From IMG/VR virus record IMGVR_UViG_2974587864_000001: a stretch of 48,464 nucleotides of DNA; one strand, given 5' to 3'. Numbering within the stretch: position 1 is the stretch's first letter; every line of letters starts with the position of its first letter. This stretch comes from a virus. Its lineage: Duplodnaviria; Heunggongvirae; Uroviricota; Caudoviricetes; Straboviridae. Of the stretch, positions 9,355 through 17,060 are shown piece after piece. The notes under the pieces were generated by a model that saw nothing but the letters and a program-made list of their open reading frames with translations, ran no database searches and was not told where the DNA came from. The translations under genes and the position numbers were made by a program.

Positions 9355-9369
9355 AGGGGCCGAAGCCCC
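9353..9369 (-). terminator. Intrinsic terminator with C(UUCG)G tetraloop
   Basis: ggggc-TTCG-gcccc-ttt on the minus strand. Confidence 0.7.
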
Positions 9370-9372
9370 GTA

Positions 9373-9705
9373 TTAGCGAAGGTAGCGAACGTAACCACTC
9401 TGGTCGATCGCGTTCTCTGGGTTGTTGAAGATGTTACCACGAATACCCTTAGCAGGTGCTTTCCAGCCAGCGGCTTTCAAGATATTGCCGTCATTGTCAA
9501 TGAAGCCAGCAACTGAACGCTGATTGAACATTTCACCCGTTTCTTTGTTGCGGGTATCCTGCACGATACGGTGATACTTACGGCCTTTTTCCAGAACGAA
9601 CACAGTTTCAGTGTAATCGCTGAACCACATGCCAGTATTACGGCCTTTGTGCATCGCGTCCAGTAAAGGCTGTGCTGCGGCTTTCAGTTCGTCAAAAGTA
9701 TACAT
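9373..9705 (-). CDS. Conserved phage hypothetical protein
   Basis: KYHRIV...SV.GFID..GNILKAAGWKAPAKG.RGNI pattern recalled from many phage ORFs; SD TAGGAG. Confidence 0.8.
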   Translation of the reverse strand: MYTFDELKAAAQPLLDAMHKGRNTGMWFSDYTETVFVLEKGRKYHRIVQDTRNKETGEMFNQRSVAGFIDNDGNILKAAGWKAPAKGIRGNIFNNPENAIDQSGYVRYLR

Positions 9706-9723
9706 GGTAAAATCTCCTAAGTG

Positions 9724-9772
9724 TGTTTCGTTTCGATGTGTGTAATATACTATTATGCGTTCAGGATTGCAA
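9724..9772 (-). promoter_or_regulatory. Early promoter cassette 1 with conserved leader
   Basis: TTGCAA(9767-72)-17-TATATT(9744-49), then ACACACATCGAAACGAAAC and SD. Confidence 0.85.
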
Positions 9773-9775
9773 GCA

Positions 9776-9928
9776 TTATTTTGGTTGTTCGCAAATGTTG
9801 CTCAATGCATCACGTTTGATGAACTTCAATACACCTGCTTTAGCTTCTTTCTCGTCTTTTGCCTGATACAAGAAGCAGTCTTCGCCATTTTTAGTTTTGA
9901 CGGTAATCACGAAAGTTTTGTAGTTCAT
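9776..9928 (-). CDS. Small hypothetical protein, 50 aa (not in ORF track)
   Basis: MNYKTFVITVKTKNGEDCFLYQAKDEKEAKAGVLKFIKRDALSNICEQPK; SD GGAGA; overlaps upstream stop. Confidence 0.75.
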   Translation of the reverse strand: MNYKTFVITVKTKNGEDCFLYQAKDEKEAKAGVLKFIKRDALSNICEQPK

Positions 9929-10137
9929 GCGTAGTTCTCCAGGTTAGCCAGATTTTCTTCTGCTTTAGCAAGGGATTTTTCTGCGGCTTTTTTCACTGCT
10001 GCATACTCTTTCTTTTCCCATGCTGCGATATCGCTGTTCATCTTCTCTTCGCAATAGGCGATGATGCCTTTGTTGTCGTTGATCTGCTGAATCAGGAATT
10101 TGCCGTGACCTTTGATTAAAGAACCGTTCTGCATCAT
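9925..10137 (-). CDS. Hypothetical protein (helical C-terminus)
   Basis: 70 aa; SD AAGGAG; first gene after promoter cassette 2. Confidence 0.75.
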   Translation of the reverse strand: MMQNGSLIKGHGKFLIQQINDNKGIIAYCEEKMNSDIAAWEKKEYAAVKKAAEKSLAKAEENLANLENYA

Positions 10138-10152
10138 GATAACTCTCCTTCC

Positions 10153-10218
10153 GTTTCGTTTCGATGGGATAACTATATCAAAGCTATCCCGTTAAGTCTT
10201 TAGCAAAAAGTGCTATTT
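10153..10218 (-). promoter_or_regulatory. Early promoter cassette 2 with stem-loop around -10
   Basis: TATAGT at 10172-77 inside the gggata...tatccc repeat; same CATCGAAACGAAAC leader; upstream AAATAGCACTTTTTG. Confidence 0.75.
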
Positions 10219-10219
10219 G

Positions 10220-10423
10220 TTAAACCCGTTTCCCTTGATACCATTTCGGGAAAATAACCCTCTCGATAAAAGTTCTCCCCAGGTTGAAACTATCACCAAA
10301 CAGGAGGACACCAAACAAAGGATCGCGCTTGATATCGTTTTTCCCGACAGTCTTCATTTTCCCTTCGTGGATCACGGTGTCACCAACCGTGATATCCTTG
10401 ATGCTTACTTTTACATGATGCAT
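10220..10423 (-). CDS. Hypothetical protein
   Basis: 67-aa ORF inside the cassette. Confidence 0.7.
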   Translation of the reverse strand: MHHVKVSIKDITVGDTVIHEGKMKTVGKNDIKRDPLFGVLLFGDSFNLGRTFIERVIFPKWYQGKRV

Positions 10424-10572
10424 ACAATCACCTCTGCGAGTTTAGCAGGTTTTGCTTCTGGTCTAACTTTCAACGCATCATTCAGATTCTTTTCAACCAT
10501 CGCTACTGCGTCTTTTTCATTGAACCCGTTCTTAACCAGGACTTTAACTACTTTGGCTTCTAAGTTTTTCAT
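10411..10572 (-). CDS. Hypothetical protein, 53 aa
   Basis: Start moved to ATG 10572 after SD AAGGA; the longer start runs into the promoter. Confidence 0.75.
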   Translation of the reverse strand: MKNLEAKVVKVLVKNGFNEKDAVAMVEKNLNDALKVRPEAKPAKLAEVIVCIM

Positions 10573-10589
10573 GATGCGTTCCTTTTGTC

Positions 10590-10666
10590 TGTTTCGTTTC
10601 GATGTGTGTAATATACAAAAAAGCCTCCTGCATTGCAAGAGGCTAGTTTAACAAAAAGTGCTATTT
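10590..10666 (-). promoter_or_regulatory. Early promoter cassette 3 with stem-loop over -35
   Basis: TTGCAA(10633-38)-17-TATATT(10610-15); agcctc...gaggct stem; leader identical to cassette 1. Confidence 0.85.
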
Positions 10667-10966
10667 TAATGATTTAAGTGTTCTACGGATTCCCCCGTTT
10701 TGGGTGATATCGTAAAGCTCTTTTGCTTTGGAAAGAGATACCGTGATGTCATAATCGGTTCCCTTCTGTGAGAATGAGAATCTAACCTGGTTTAGCTCCG
10801 TGTATACGTGGGTACACACTGCTTCCATTCGAAAATGTTTTATAAACGCTTTCTTCGTGTAGTAGTCGCTAAACCATTCTCTTGCTATGGATTGGTCGAT
10901 TGCTTTGAAGATGACAAACAGCACAACCAACACAAAAATTACTATAAGTGGAATTGCTGTGCTCAT
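10661..10966 (-). CDS. Membrane-anchored hypothetical protein
   Basis: N-terminal TM (AIPLIVIFVLVVLFVIF). Confidence 0.75.
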   Translation of the reverse strand: MSTAIPLIVIFVLVVLFVIFKAIDQSIAREWFSDYYTKKAFIKHFRMEAVCTHVYTELNQVRFSFSQKGTDYDITVSLSKAKELYDITQNGGIRRTLKSLK

Positions 10967-11175
10967 TATTTGCCCCTGTTCACAGATTGACGGTGTAACG
11001 CACGGTTAACGCGTGGCGCTTGATAAGGTTTCATTTTGTACGGTGTTGGATCAGAGTATTCGATCCGGTTAGGTAATGAATACAGTTCAACGCTTGGTTG
11101 AATCCAGCGGATTGAGTCGATTAACCCTTGAGTTAACGCACGACCGATACCACAACCACCAATTACAATGCGCAT
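10966..11175 (-). CDS. Hypothetical protein
   Basis: 69 aa; SD AGAGGA. Confidence 0.7.
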   Translation of the reverse strand: MRIVIGGCGIGRALTQGLIDSIRWIQPSVELYSLPNRIEYSDPTPYKMKPYQAPRVNRALHRQSVNRGK

Positions 11176-11184
11176 AATATCCTC

Positions 11185-11328
11185 TTACTTCGCCAGGATG
11201 TGAAGCCATTCACCCAACCACACGACCGCCTGATAAGACAGCCACACAGCGCCGGACACACAGGCAATCAGACCAATGATCGCGAATCCGATCAGAATGT
11301 TCAAACCTTCTTTTAAATCACCAAACAT
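11185..11328 (-). CDS. Small membrane protein, 47 aa (not in ORF track)
   Basis: MFGDLKEGLNILIGFAIIGLIACVSGAVWLSYQAVVWLGEWLHILAK; SD AGAGGA; own promoter. Confidence 0.75.
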   Translation of the reverse strand: MFGDLKEGLNILIGFAIIGLIACVSGAVWLSYQAVVWLGEWLHILAK

Positions 11329-11354
11329 AAAATATCCTCTTTTGTCTCAGTCCC

Positions 11355-11396
11355 TATAAAGTAACAAAGCCCTTGCACGAATGCAAGGGCTTTTTA
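11355..11396 (-). promoter_or_regulatory. Early promoter cassette 4 with stem-loop over -35
   Basis: TTGCAT(11381-86)-17-TACTTT; 12-bp stem aaagcccttgca/tgcaagggcttt. Confidence 0.75.
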
Positions 11397-11678
11397 TTAT
11401 AATTCTACTAACTGCGGCAATTTCAGAACCATACCCGGAAGGATGTGATTTGCATTGCGCACGGTTTTGCGGTTCAGCTTGGCAATAGATTGCCAGCGTT
11501 CACCACACCCGTATAACTTTTGTGCGATCGAATACATGCTATCACCAGGCTGAACCACGTATTCATCATATTCGACTTTGACGAACGCGGGGTTCATTAG
11601 GATGTCAAACATCTGTGCTTTCGCTTCATCCAGCGTTTTTGCGTGTACAGTTTTACCTACAAATGATAATTTAATCAT
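11397..11678 (-). CDS. LysM domain protein
   Basis: YVVQPGDSMYSIAQKLYG...W..IAKLN......I.PG..L.LP canonical LysM; no signal peptide. Confidence 0.88.
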   Translation of the reverse strand: MIKLSFVGKTVHAKTLDEAKAQMFDILMNPAFVKVEYDEYVVQPGDSMYSIAQKLYGCGERWQSIAKLNRKTVRNANHILPGMVLKLPQLVEL

Positions 11679-12346
11679 CTTTTCCTCGGCAGACTCAACG
11701 GATCGGTTTCTTCTTCACTTGGGGGTTCTTCCAGCCCCAGCGCATATCTCAATGAATAGACTATCATCAAAACATCTTTCGCGCAATCGTGAATTGAGTT
11801 ATGCATCACGAAACCATCAAGCAACCCTTTCCGAAGAGGACAGGTCGAAGCATCACGCGTTAACAGGCGGTTTTCGATACATGTACGCACATCGCGACTA
11901 TTCCAGAATACGGTCGGCATATCTTCGAAGATGTCGATCTTTCCAACCATCTTACGCACGATATCAACCAGGATACCACGATCGAATTCAGGGCCGCGAA
12001 CATAATCGAGAGATTGCCAACGGCTCACACCGTCCGCTTTCAGGTCTTCGAAGAATTGTTTGTGTCCTGCATACAGTTCCAGATCTTCCGGTGACGGTTT
12101 CAGGATTTGACGGGCTTCTTCGCTTTGTTGTTTCCACCAGGCGATTGTTCCCTGATCAGCAATACGATCAGGCTGGTTGCGCAAATCAAATTTGTACTTG
12201 CGCCCCCGTGCTACCAATTCCGCGAACGTTGGCGGGTTGTGGGGATCGTCAACAAATGGAACGTATGAGAGTTCGATCACCTTCCCATTCGGGGAAGGGC
12301 CAACCGTTTCATAATCCCATACGTAATCTACGGGTAAATGACTCAT
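11675..12346 (-). CDS. dexA: Exonuclease A (DEDDh)
   Basis: VWDYETVG, KFDLRNQ, TIAWWKQQS.EAR, HNSIHDCAKD match T4 DexA. Confidence 0.92.
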   Translation of the reverse strand: MSHLPVDYVWDYETVGPSPNGKVIELSYVPFVDDPHNPPTFAELVARGRKYKFDLRNQPDRIADQGTIAWWKQQSEEARQILKPSPEDLELYAGHKQFFEDLKADGVSRWQSLDYVRGPEFDRGILVDIVRKMVGKIDIFEDMPTVFWNSRDVRTCIENRLLTRDASTCPLRKGLLDGFVMHNSIHDCAKDVLMIVYSLRYALGLEEPPSEEETDPLSLPRKR

Positions 12347-12654
12347 GAAGTTCTCCGCTTATAATCTTCCATGAAGTACGCCAGCGTAAGCGCAACTTCT
12401 GGGTTGATATCAAAAGTTTCAAACTCTTTGCTTTGCAAAGTCATCATACCGAACTGACGCAGACCGGAATGATAAATTGCCTTTTCCAGACGGTTCGCGT
12501 TTTCAACAGCTTCTGTGAATTCGTCCAACACATCGCGATCGATGAAATGCGGAAGTTCTTGAACAGGGGTTTTGAAAATTAGATCTGCAATCGCTTCCGC
12601 GTGGAGGCGTGGGATCTGGATAGATATATCTTTTTTCATGATATTAATGTCCAT
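12343..12654 (-). CDS. Hypothetical protein
   Basis: 103-aa ORF between dda and dexA. Confidence 0.7.
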   Translation of the reverse strand: MDINIMKKDISIQIPRLHAEAIADLIFKTPVQELPHFIDRDVLDEFTEAVENANRLEKAIYHSGLRQFGMMTLQSKEFETFDINPEVALTLAYFMEDYKRRTS

Positions 12655-12950
12655 ATGTCTTTATTTTCACGAATGTTTCGTGCCATTCGAAGGATCAGCA
12701 CGATAACGCCATATTCATCATAAGTCAGTTCGACTTCTTTTGCAATAGGACTCCATGAATAACTTGGACCGTTCGGAGAATACAGAATATCATTAGATTT
12801 TTCAATGAAGCGCAAACGGTGAATAACTTCTTGCGGATCTGCTGCGCTATACATCCCGAACACATTGACCGCATGTGGATCTTTTTCTCGAATTTTATCG
12901 AGTGCTTCAAGAATTCGGGGAATGTCTTTTACAAGGATAGTCAATTTCAT
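12636..12950 (-). CDS. Hypothetical protein
   Basis: 104-aa ORF; SD GAGGT. Confidence 0.75.
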   Translation of the reverse strand: MKLTILVKDIPRILEALDKIREKDPHAVNVFGMYSAADPQEVIHRLRFIEKSNDILYSPNGPSYSWSPIAKEVELTYDEYGVIVLILRMARNIRENKDIWTLIS

Positions 12951-12959
12951 AATAACCTC

Positions 12960-12978
12960 AAAAGGGGCAAAGCCCCTT
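12960..12978 (-). terminator. Intrinsic terminator after dda
   Basis: aaggggc-ttt-gcccctttt on the minus strand. Confidence 0.65.
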
Positions 12979-14308
12979 ATACATAATCAACGGTGTAACG
13001 TGCGCGGGTTACGCCCACATAGATTAACTGCTTACACAGATCGTAATCTGCGAACGCATACGCATCGCGCGTGTACATGTACGCATGGTCATACGTGCTC
13101 CCCTGCGATTTGTGGTACGTGCAAACCGGAAGAGGCTTAACATCCTGGAACTTGTTTTTAATCGCCCAGAACGAATGCCACGGGGCTTTATAGCCTGTTT
13201 GCTGCTTGATGCGCTTATAAGTGCTCGCAACGTAGGCCAGATAGTTACCCAGACGGTCTTTCATCACCGGATCAACAACAACCTGAATCTGTGCTTCGGT
13301 TTCCTCTTCGAGCGATACCGTTTTCAGAAGATAGAATTCAAGTTCGATCTTCTCGTCGCACTTCTCCGCCTTGATAACTTCCCGACGCGGGATGATTTCT
13401 AAGACTCGGATTTTTTCGTTGTTGTTATAAACAATCTCGGTGAAGATTTGCCCGTTCAACCGCATTTCCTGAACTAACGGTTCCTGCATCACGATCACTT
13501 CATCGAGAATGAAAGGTTCTGTTGTTTTGTACAGGTGTTTACGGATCGTTGCGTTCAGCTTGTCCACGTTGTCGTTAGTGTAAGCGAACATGCGGTTCTC
13601 GATCAAGTCATCCGGCGTTTTGACACGGCGGAAATACTGACGGAGGAAGTCAACAGCGTTAGCATGTTGGAACACACCCAGATCACCGACAGACATCGGT
13701 TTCAGCATCTTACCATCACGTACAGCCCGTGAAACCTGAATAATCGGGTTCCCTTCTGCCTGACGCATGATTTTATCCATACGGATAACATCAAAGATTT
13801 CTTCATCAAAGAACGGGGAGAGTTCAACACGTCCATCGGCGTTTACCGGACGGATCTGATCTTTATCACCCAGTCCCAGAATAACAGCGTTGCTTGGAAT
13901 ACTGCGCCGGATGATTCGGAACAGATCCATATCAACCATCGAGACTTCTTCAACAACGAACACGCGACAGGTAGACAGATCAGGCGCTTTCTTGCCTTTC
14001 TGCTGTTCGAACACACGCAGTTCTTCGTTAGTCACAGGGCTAATCTTCAATGCAGAATGAATCGTTGTTGCGTCCATTCCGGTAGCCGCTGCTAACACGT
14101 TTTTCGCCTGGTGTGTTGGGGCAGTTAACCAAATACCGCTAATCCCCAACCCTTTCAGAGTGTTAAAGACAAACTTAACCAGTGTTGTTTTACCAACACC
14201 AGGGCCACCCGTAATAGTTGTATGAATGGCGTTCTGGATGTTGTGGATCACGCGATCATGCGCGGACTTCTGATCGTCGCTCAGATCATCAAATGTTAAC
14301 TCGCTCAT
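12977..14308 (-). CDS. dda: Dda SF1B DNA helicase
   Basis: ITGGPGVGKT, APTHQAK, VEEVSMVD, GDKDQIRPV, TYHKSQGSTYD, YVGVTRAR. Confidence 0.96.
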   Translation of the reverse strand: MSELTFDDLSDDQKSAHDRVIHNIQNAIHTTITGGPGVGKTTLVKFVFNTLKGLGISGIWLTAPTHQAKNVLAAATGMDATTIHSALKISPVTNEELRVFEQQKGKKAPDLSTCRVFVVEEVSMVDMDLFRIIRRSIPSNAVILGLGDKDQIRPVNADGRVELSPFFDEEIFDVIRMDKIMRQAEGNPIIQVSRAVRDGKMLKPMSVGDLGVFQHANAVDFLRQYFRRVKTPDDLIENRMFAYTNDNVDKLNATIRKHLYKTTEPFILDEVIVMQEPLVQEMRLNGQIFTEIVYNNNEKIRVLEIIPRREVIKAEKCDEKIELEFYLLKTVSLEEETEAQIQVVVDPVMKDRLGNYLAYVASTYKRIKQQTGYKAPWHSFWAIKNKFQDVKPLPVCTYHKSQGSTYDHAYMYTRDAYAFADYDLCKQLIYVGVTRARYTVDYV

Positions 14309-14592
14309 AATTTGAGTAATACCCCTTGAATTTTCGAATTCTCAATAAACCAACGCATCTCTTTTTTCTGTTCTTCGGTTGCTGGTAGTTGCTCGGTTTT
14401 GCGGAAGAAACTGAAACGCGGTTCGTCCGGCGTGTAGTTCAGTTTGGTTTCGTAGCACTTGCGGATAAAATCTAATTTATCTTTTGCAAGTTGCGGTGAT
14501 GCAAACAGTTCCGGCGTTTTCCCGTTTTCAACGTATGGAATAGTAAAGCCGTCTTTGTCTTTCGTAACAATGATATAGTATTTGTCAATCAT
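14305..14592 (-). CDS. Hypothetical protein (dda.1 position)
   Basis: 95 aa, overlapping neighbours. Confidence 0.75.
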   Translation of the reverse strand: MIDKYYIIVTKDKDGFTIPYVENGKTPELFASPQLAKDKLDFIRKCYETKLNYTPDEPRFSFFRKTEQLPATEEQKKEMRWFIENSKIQGVLLKL

Positions 14593-14771
14593 TTTCGCCC
14601 CTCATAGATGACGTAGAAAAAACCTATAACCCATAGCAATGATAATACTATCAAAGCGGCTTTTCTGTCAACACCGTTAACGTGGAAAACGCACCATCCA
14701 AAGAGATACGTTATCACCGCGCAAACGATATAAGACAAAGCAAATACGGCATGTAGCGCGGTGAGTTCCAT
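14589..14771 (-). CDS. Small two-TM membrane protein
   Basis: 60 aa, two hydrophobic segments. Confidence 0.7.
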   Translation of the reverse strand: MELTALHAVFALSYIVCAVITYLFGWCVFHVNGVDRKAALIVLSLLWVIGFFYVIYEGRK

Positions 14772-15304
14772 TAGTAGTTGTTAGCCCAACGACGCAGGTT
14801 TTCCGCCTGTTTCAGAGCATACAGCTTGTAGATGGTTTCCGCATCCAGTCCCAGCGCGAGGAACTTACACATGAAGAAGTGCCACTGGTCAATCAGTTCA
14901 AACAGGATTTCCAGCTTGTCTTCTTCTTTCATTTCTGCGAATACCTGGCTACGCAGTTCCTGGTGATTTGCTTTCCACGGTTTCCAGACACCGGAAGCCG
15001 CTTTTGCACCGCGAGACATACCGCCCAGAGCGGTGTAAAGTTCGCGGGTTTCGTCTGCGATCGCATCATCTTGCAGTTTCAGCCAGTCCAGGATCTCACC
15101 GCACGTTTTCAGTTCGTTCGGACGTGGAACCCAATTCAGGGTATCAGACAGGCTTTGTTGTGCATGGTTTTGCAAGTCCAGCATCTTTTGCAGCGGGTCA
15201 ATTCCGTTCTGTAATGCATTGCGGTAGAAACCTTCTACCATTTCCAGATCATCGGCTTTAACCAGGTGCGCACAGCTATTAAACACAGGAGTTTTATCAG
15301 TCAT
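14771..15304 (-). CDS. 56: dCTP/dUTP pyrophosphatase gp56
   Basis: DPLQKMLDLQ, DETREL, WKPWK, FELIDQWHFF, KQAENLRRW; next to gene 61. Confidence 0.92.
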   Translation of the reverse strand: MTDKTPVFNSCAHLVKADDLEMVEGFYRNALQNGIDPLQKMLDLQNHAQQSLSDTLNWVPRPNELKTCGEILDWLKLQDDAIADETRELYTALGGMSRGAKAASGVWKPWKANHQELRSQVFAEMKEEDKLEILFELIDQWHFFMCKFLALGLDAETIYKLYALKQAENLRRWANNY

Positions 15305-15311
15305 ATCAATC

Positions 15312-16337
15312 TCATTTTTTCGGTGATTTGTTCCACGACTTAAACCGAAGTTTCGCCGTGAGTCCAGAAACAGTATTATCTTTCAAATACTGCATGATTT
15401 CAAGTTTAGTTGCGCCGTCCGTTTTTATCATTTCGTTGATATCTTTTGACGGCCACGGGCATTTGTCCCACAACACAACCTTTTCGCCAGCCTCAATCAA
15501 TTTTAAAAGGCGGTGAGTAGTATCAGGGTGTCTCGCTTCATTGTCAAGAACCCAGACACGCATATTTTTATACGGAACATCGGACAGCGCCATTTGTCCG
15601 CCCGTAATCGCACCAGCATTATCTACAAACAGGCTATCCAGCGGCCCTTCAAGCAGGTAGACAGGTTTCAACGGATCGATGGTATCTTGACCATACACTT
15701 TCGTTGAGTGTTCACATGCTTTGATTGTCATGTATTTTGCGTTGGCATTGTCACGCAAGGCGCGTCCCTGGAATGACTCGATTTTACCCTTTTCATCAAA
15801 GATAGGGATCACCAAACGCGGTTCATCCTTCGGTAAAGGGTATGCGTCCGCATTCACAGAGTTAACCAGGTGTTGCCATTGACGCGTAAACCAGAGGCGA
15901 TCATATTTGTCTTTAGGTATGTGACGACCTGCAACATACTTAACGATAGGGTGATTTTCTGGCAACGTGTCCAGACGTTCGCAGAACTGCAATTCAGGAA
16001 TATATTTCTTTTCTTCCTTCGGCGGTTCTTCGTGCGTCTGTTTTAAATCTTTACGATCCTTGAAAGATTCCATCAAATACGCCGTGTAATCATCCGGGTA
16101 ATAGTCTTTCAGAAACACAGAAAACGGCTTGCTGTAGTTGCAGTTAAAACAACCACACATCATGTGTGTGCCTCGTTTTGACGGGAATATCCAGAAACGT
16201 TTTTTGTGCTTATCCTTCATGGAGTCGCCACAAATCGGACAACGGGAATGGATACTGAATTCCCCACCCCGTCGAACGATTTCGCTTTGTGGTAATGATC
16301 CCATGATACGAGTTGCGAACTCTATATCAAGATACAT
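15312..16337 (-). CDS. 61: DNA primase gp61
   Basis: Zn finger RCPICGDS...CFNC; TOPRIM LLEGPLDSLF, LDNE, KDINEM. Confidence 0.96.
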   Translation of the reverse strand: MYLDIEFATRIMGSLPQSEIVRRGGEFSIHSRCPICGDSMKDKHKKRFWIFPSKRGTHMMCGCFNCNYSKPFSVFLKDYYPDDYTAYLMESFKDRKDLKQTHEEPPKEEKKYIPELQFCERLDTLPENHPIVKYVAGRHIPKDKYDRLWFTRQWQHLVNSVNADAYPLPKDEPRLVIPIFDEKGKIESFQGRALRDNANAKYMTIKACEHSTKVYGQDTIDPLKPVYLLEGPLDSLFVDNAGAITGGQMALSDVPYKNMRVWVLDNEARHPDTTHRLLKLIEAGEKVVLWDKCPWPSKDINEMIKTDGATKLEIMQYLKDNTVSGLTAKLRFKSWNKSPKK

Positions 16338-16345
16338 GTTTACCT

Positions 16346-16567
16346 CTATCGGCTAACTTCTTTTTCTGTGCCGTCTAAAGTGATTTTCCATTCATAGAAT
16401 ATCTTATAAAACGGATAAGGTCTAGGAATATCGACACCCGATGATGTTTTTCTTTCGTTCGTGTACACGATCGCTGTGTCGCTCATGTACTTGATACGGA
16501 TAGGAAACCAGGTGTAATTGTTCGCAGTAACCCAGATCCGATAATTCAATGGCGGTAATGGTTTCAT
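16346..16567 (-). CDS. Hypothetical protein
   Basis: 73-aa ORF. Confidence 0.65.
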   Translation of the reverse strand: MKPLPPLNYRIWVTANNYTWFPIRIKYMSDTAIVYTNERKTSSGVDIPRPYPFYKIFYEWKITLDGTEKEVSR

Positions 16568-17055
16568 TCTTCACTCTTCATGATTTTACGTTTGCGTTTA
16601 TGCGGACGTGTAGAACCCAGAACCTTCGGCCCTTTGTTCGTGATCGCGCCTGTAGTCACACCCGAAGCAATATTATCCACGCTTCCGCCTGAATCACCCG
16701 CAACCATTTCTTCGTTGAGTCTTTCGCGAAGTTCTGGGAGGTTCATCATGATTTCTTCGTGATCTTGCTCGGTCAGGTTCCAGCGGCTCCGTAACGAGTC
16801 ATAAGCGCTTGTAAGGTTCATGAACCCAGACATATAAGGAACCGCGTTTAAACGGCGCTTGATGTGTCTCACAGAGCGATGGAATGGGGAATATGCTTCC
16901 AGTTCTTCCTTCGTCTTCGGGTTTTTCAATACTTCCCCTTGACCGTCGATGATACCCAGCTTGTAAGCCGTCCATTCAGTCCAGGGCTTTTTCAGTAGGC
17001 GAATCATTCGCACACTGTAGGTTAAATCCATGTTTTTGATTAATTGATCGCTCAT
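16564..17055 (-). CDS. 61.1: gp61.1-like protein (long form)
   Basis: C-terminal EEMVAGDSGG..NI..G.T.GA..NKGP matches recalled T4 61.1; extra N-terminal W....AYKLGIID..G.VLK domain. Confidence 0.75.
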   Translation of the reverse strand: MSDQLIKNMDLTYSVRMIRLLKKPWTEWTAYKLGIIDGQGEVLKNPKTKEELEAYSPFHRSVRHIKRRLNAVPYMSGFMNLTSAYDSLRSRWNLTEQDHEEIMMNLPELRERLNEEMVAGDSGGSVDNIASGVTTGAITNKGPKVLGSTRPHKRKRKIMKSEE

Positions 17056-17060
17056 AGTCT

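Larger units (their letters stand above)
9724..10616. repeat. 27-bp identical direct repeats (9724-9750 and 10590-10616), with a partial 14-bp copy at 10153-10166
   Basis: tgtttcgtttcgatgtgtgtaatatac read at both positions. Confidence 0.9.

Noticed and set aside
9724-10616. CRISPR-like mini-array
   Set aside because: Spacings of about 430 bp contain whole genes, and the repeats are promoter/leader sequences; there is no repeat-spacer periodicity and no cas genes.
11578-12348. 256-aa ORF antisense to dexA/LysM
   Set aside because: R/S/H-rich and non-protein-like; no translation signals.
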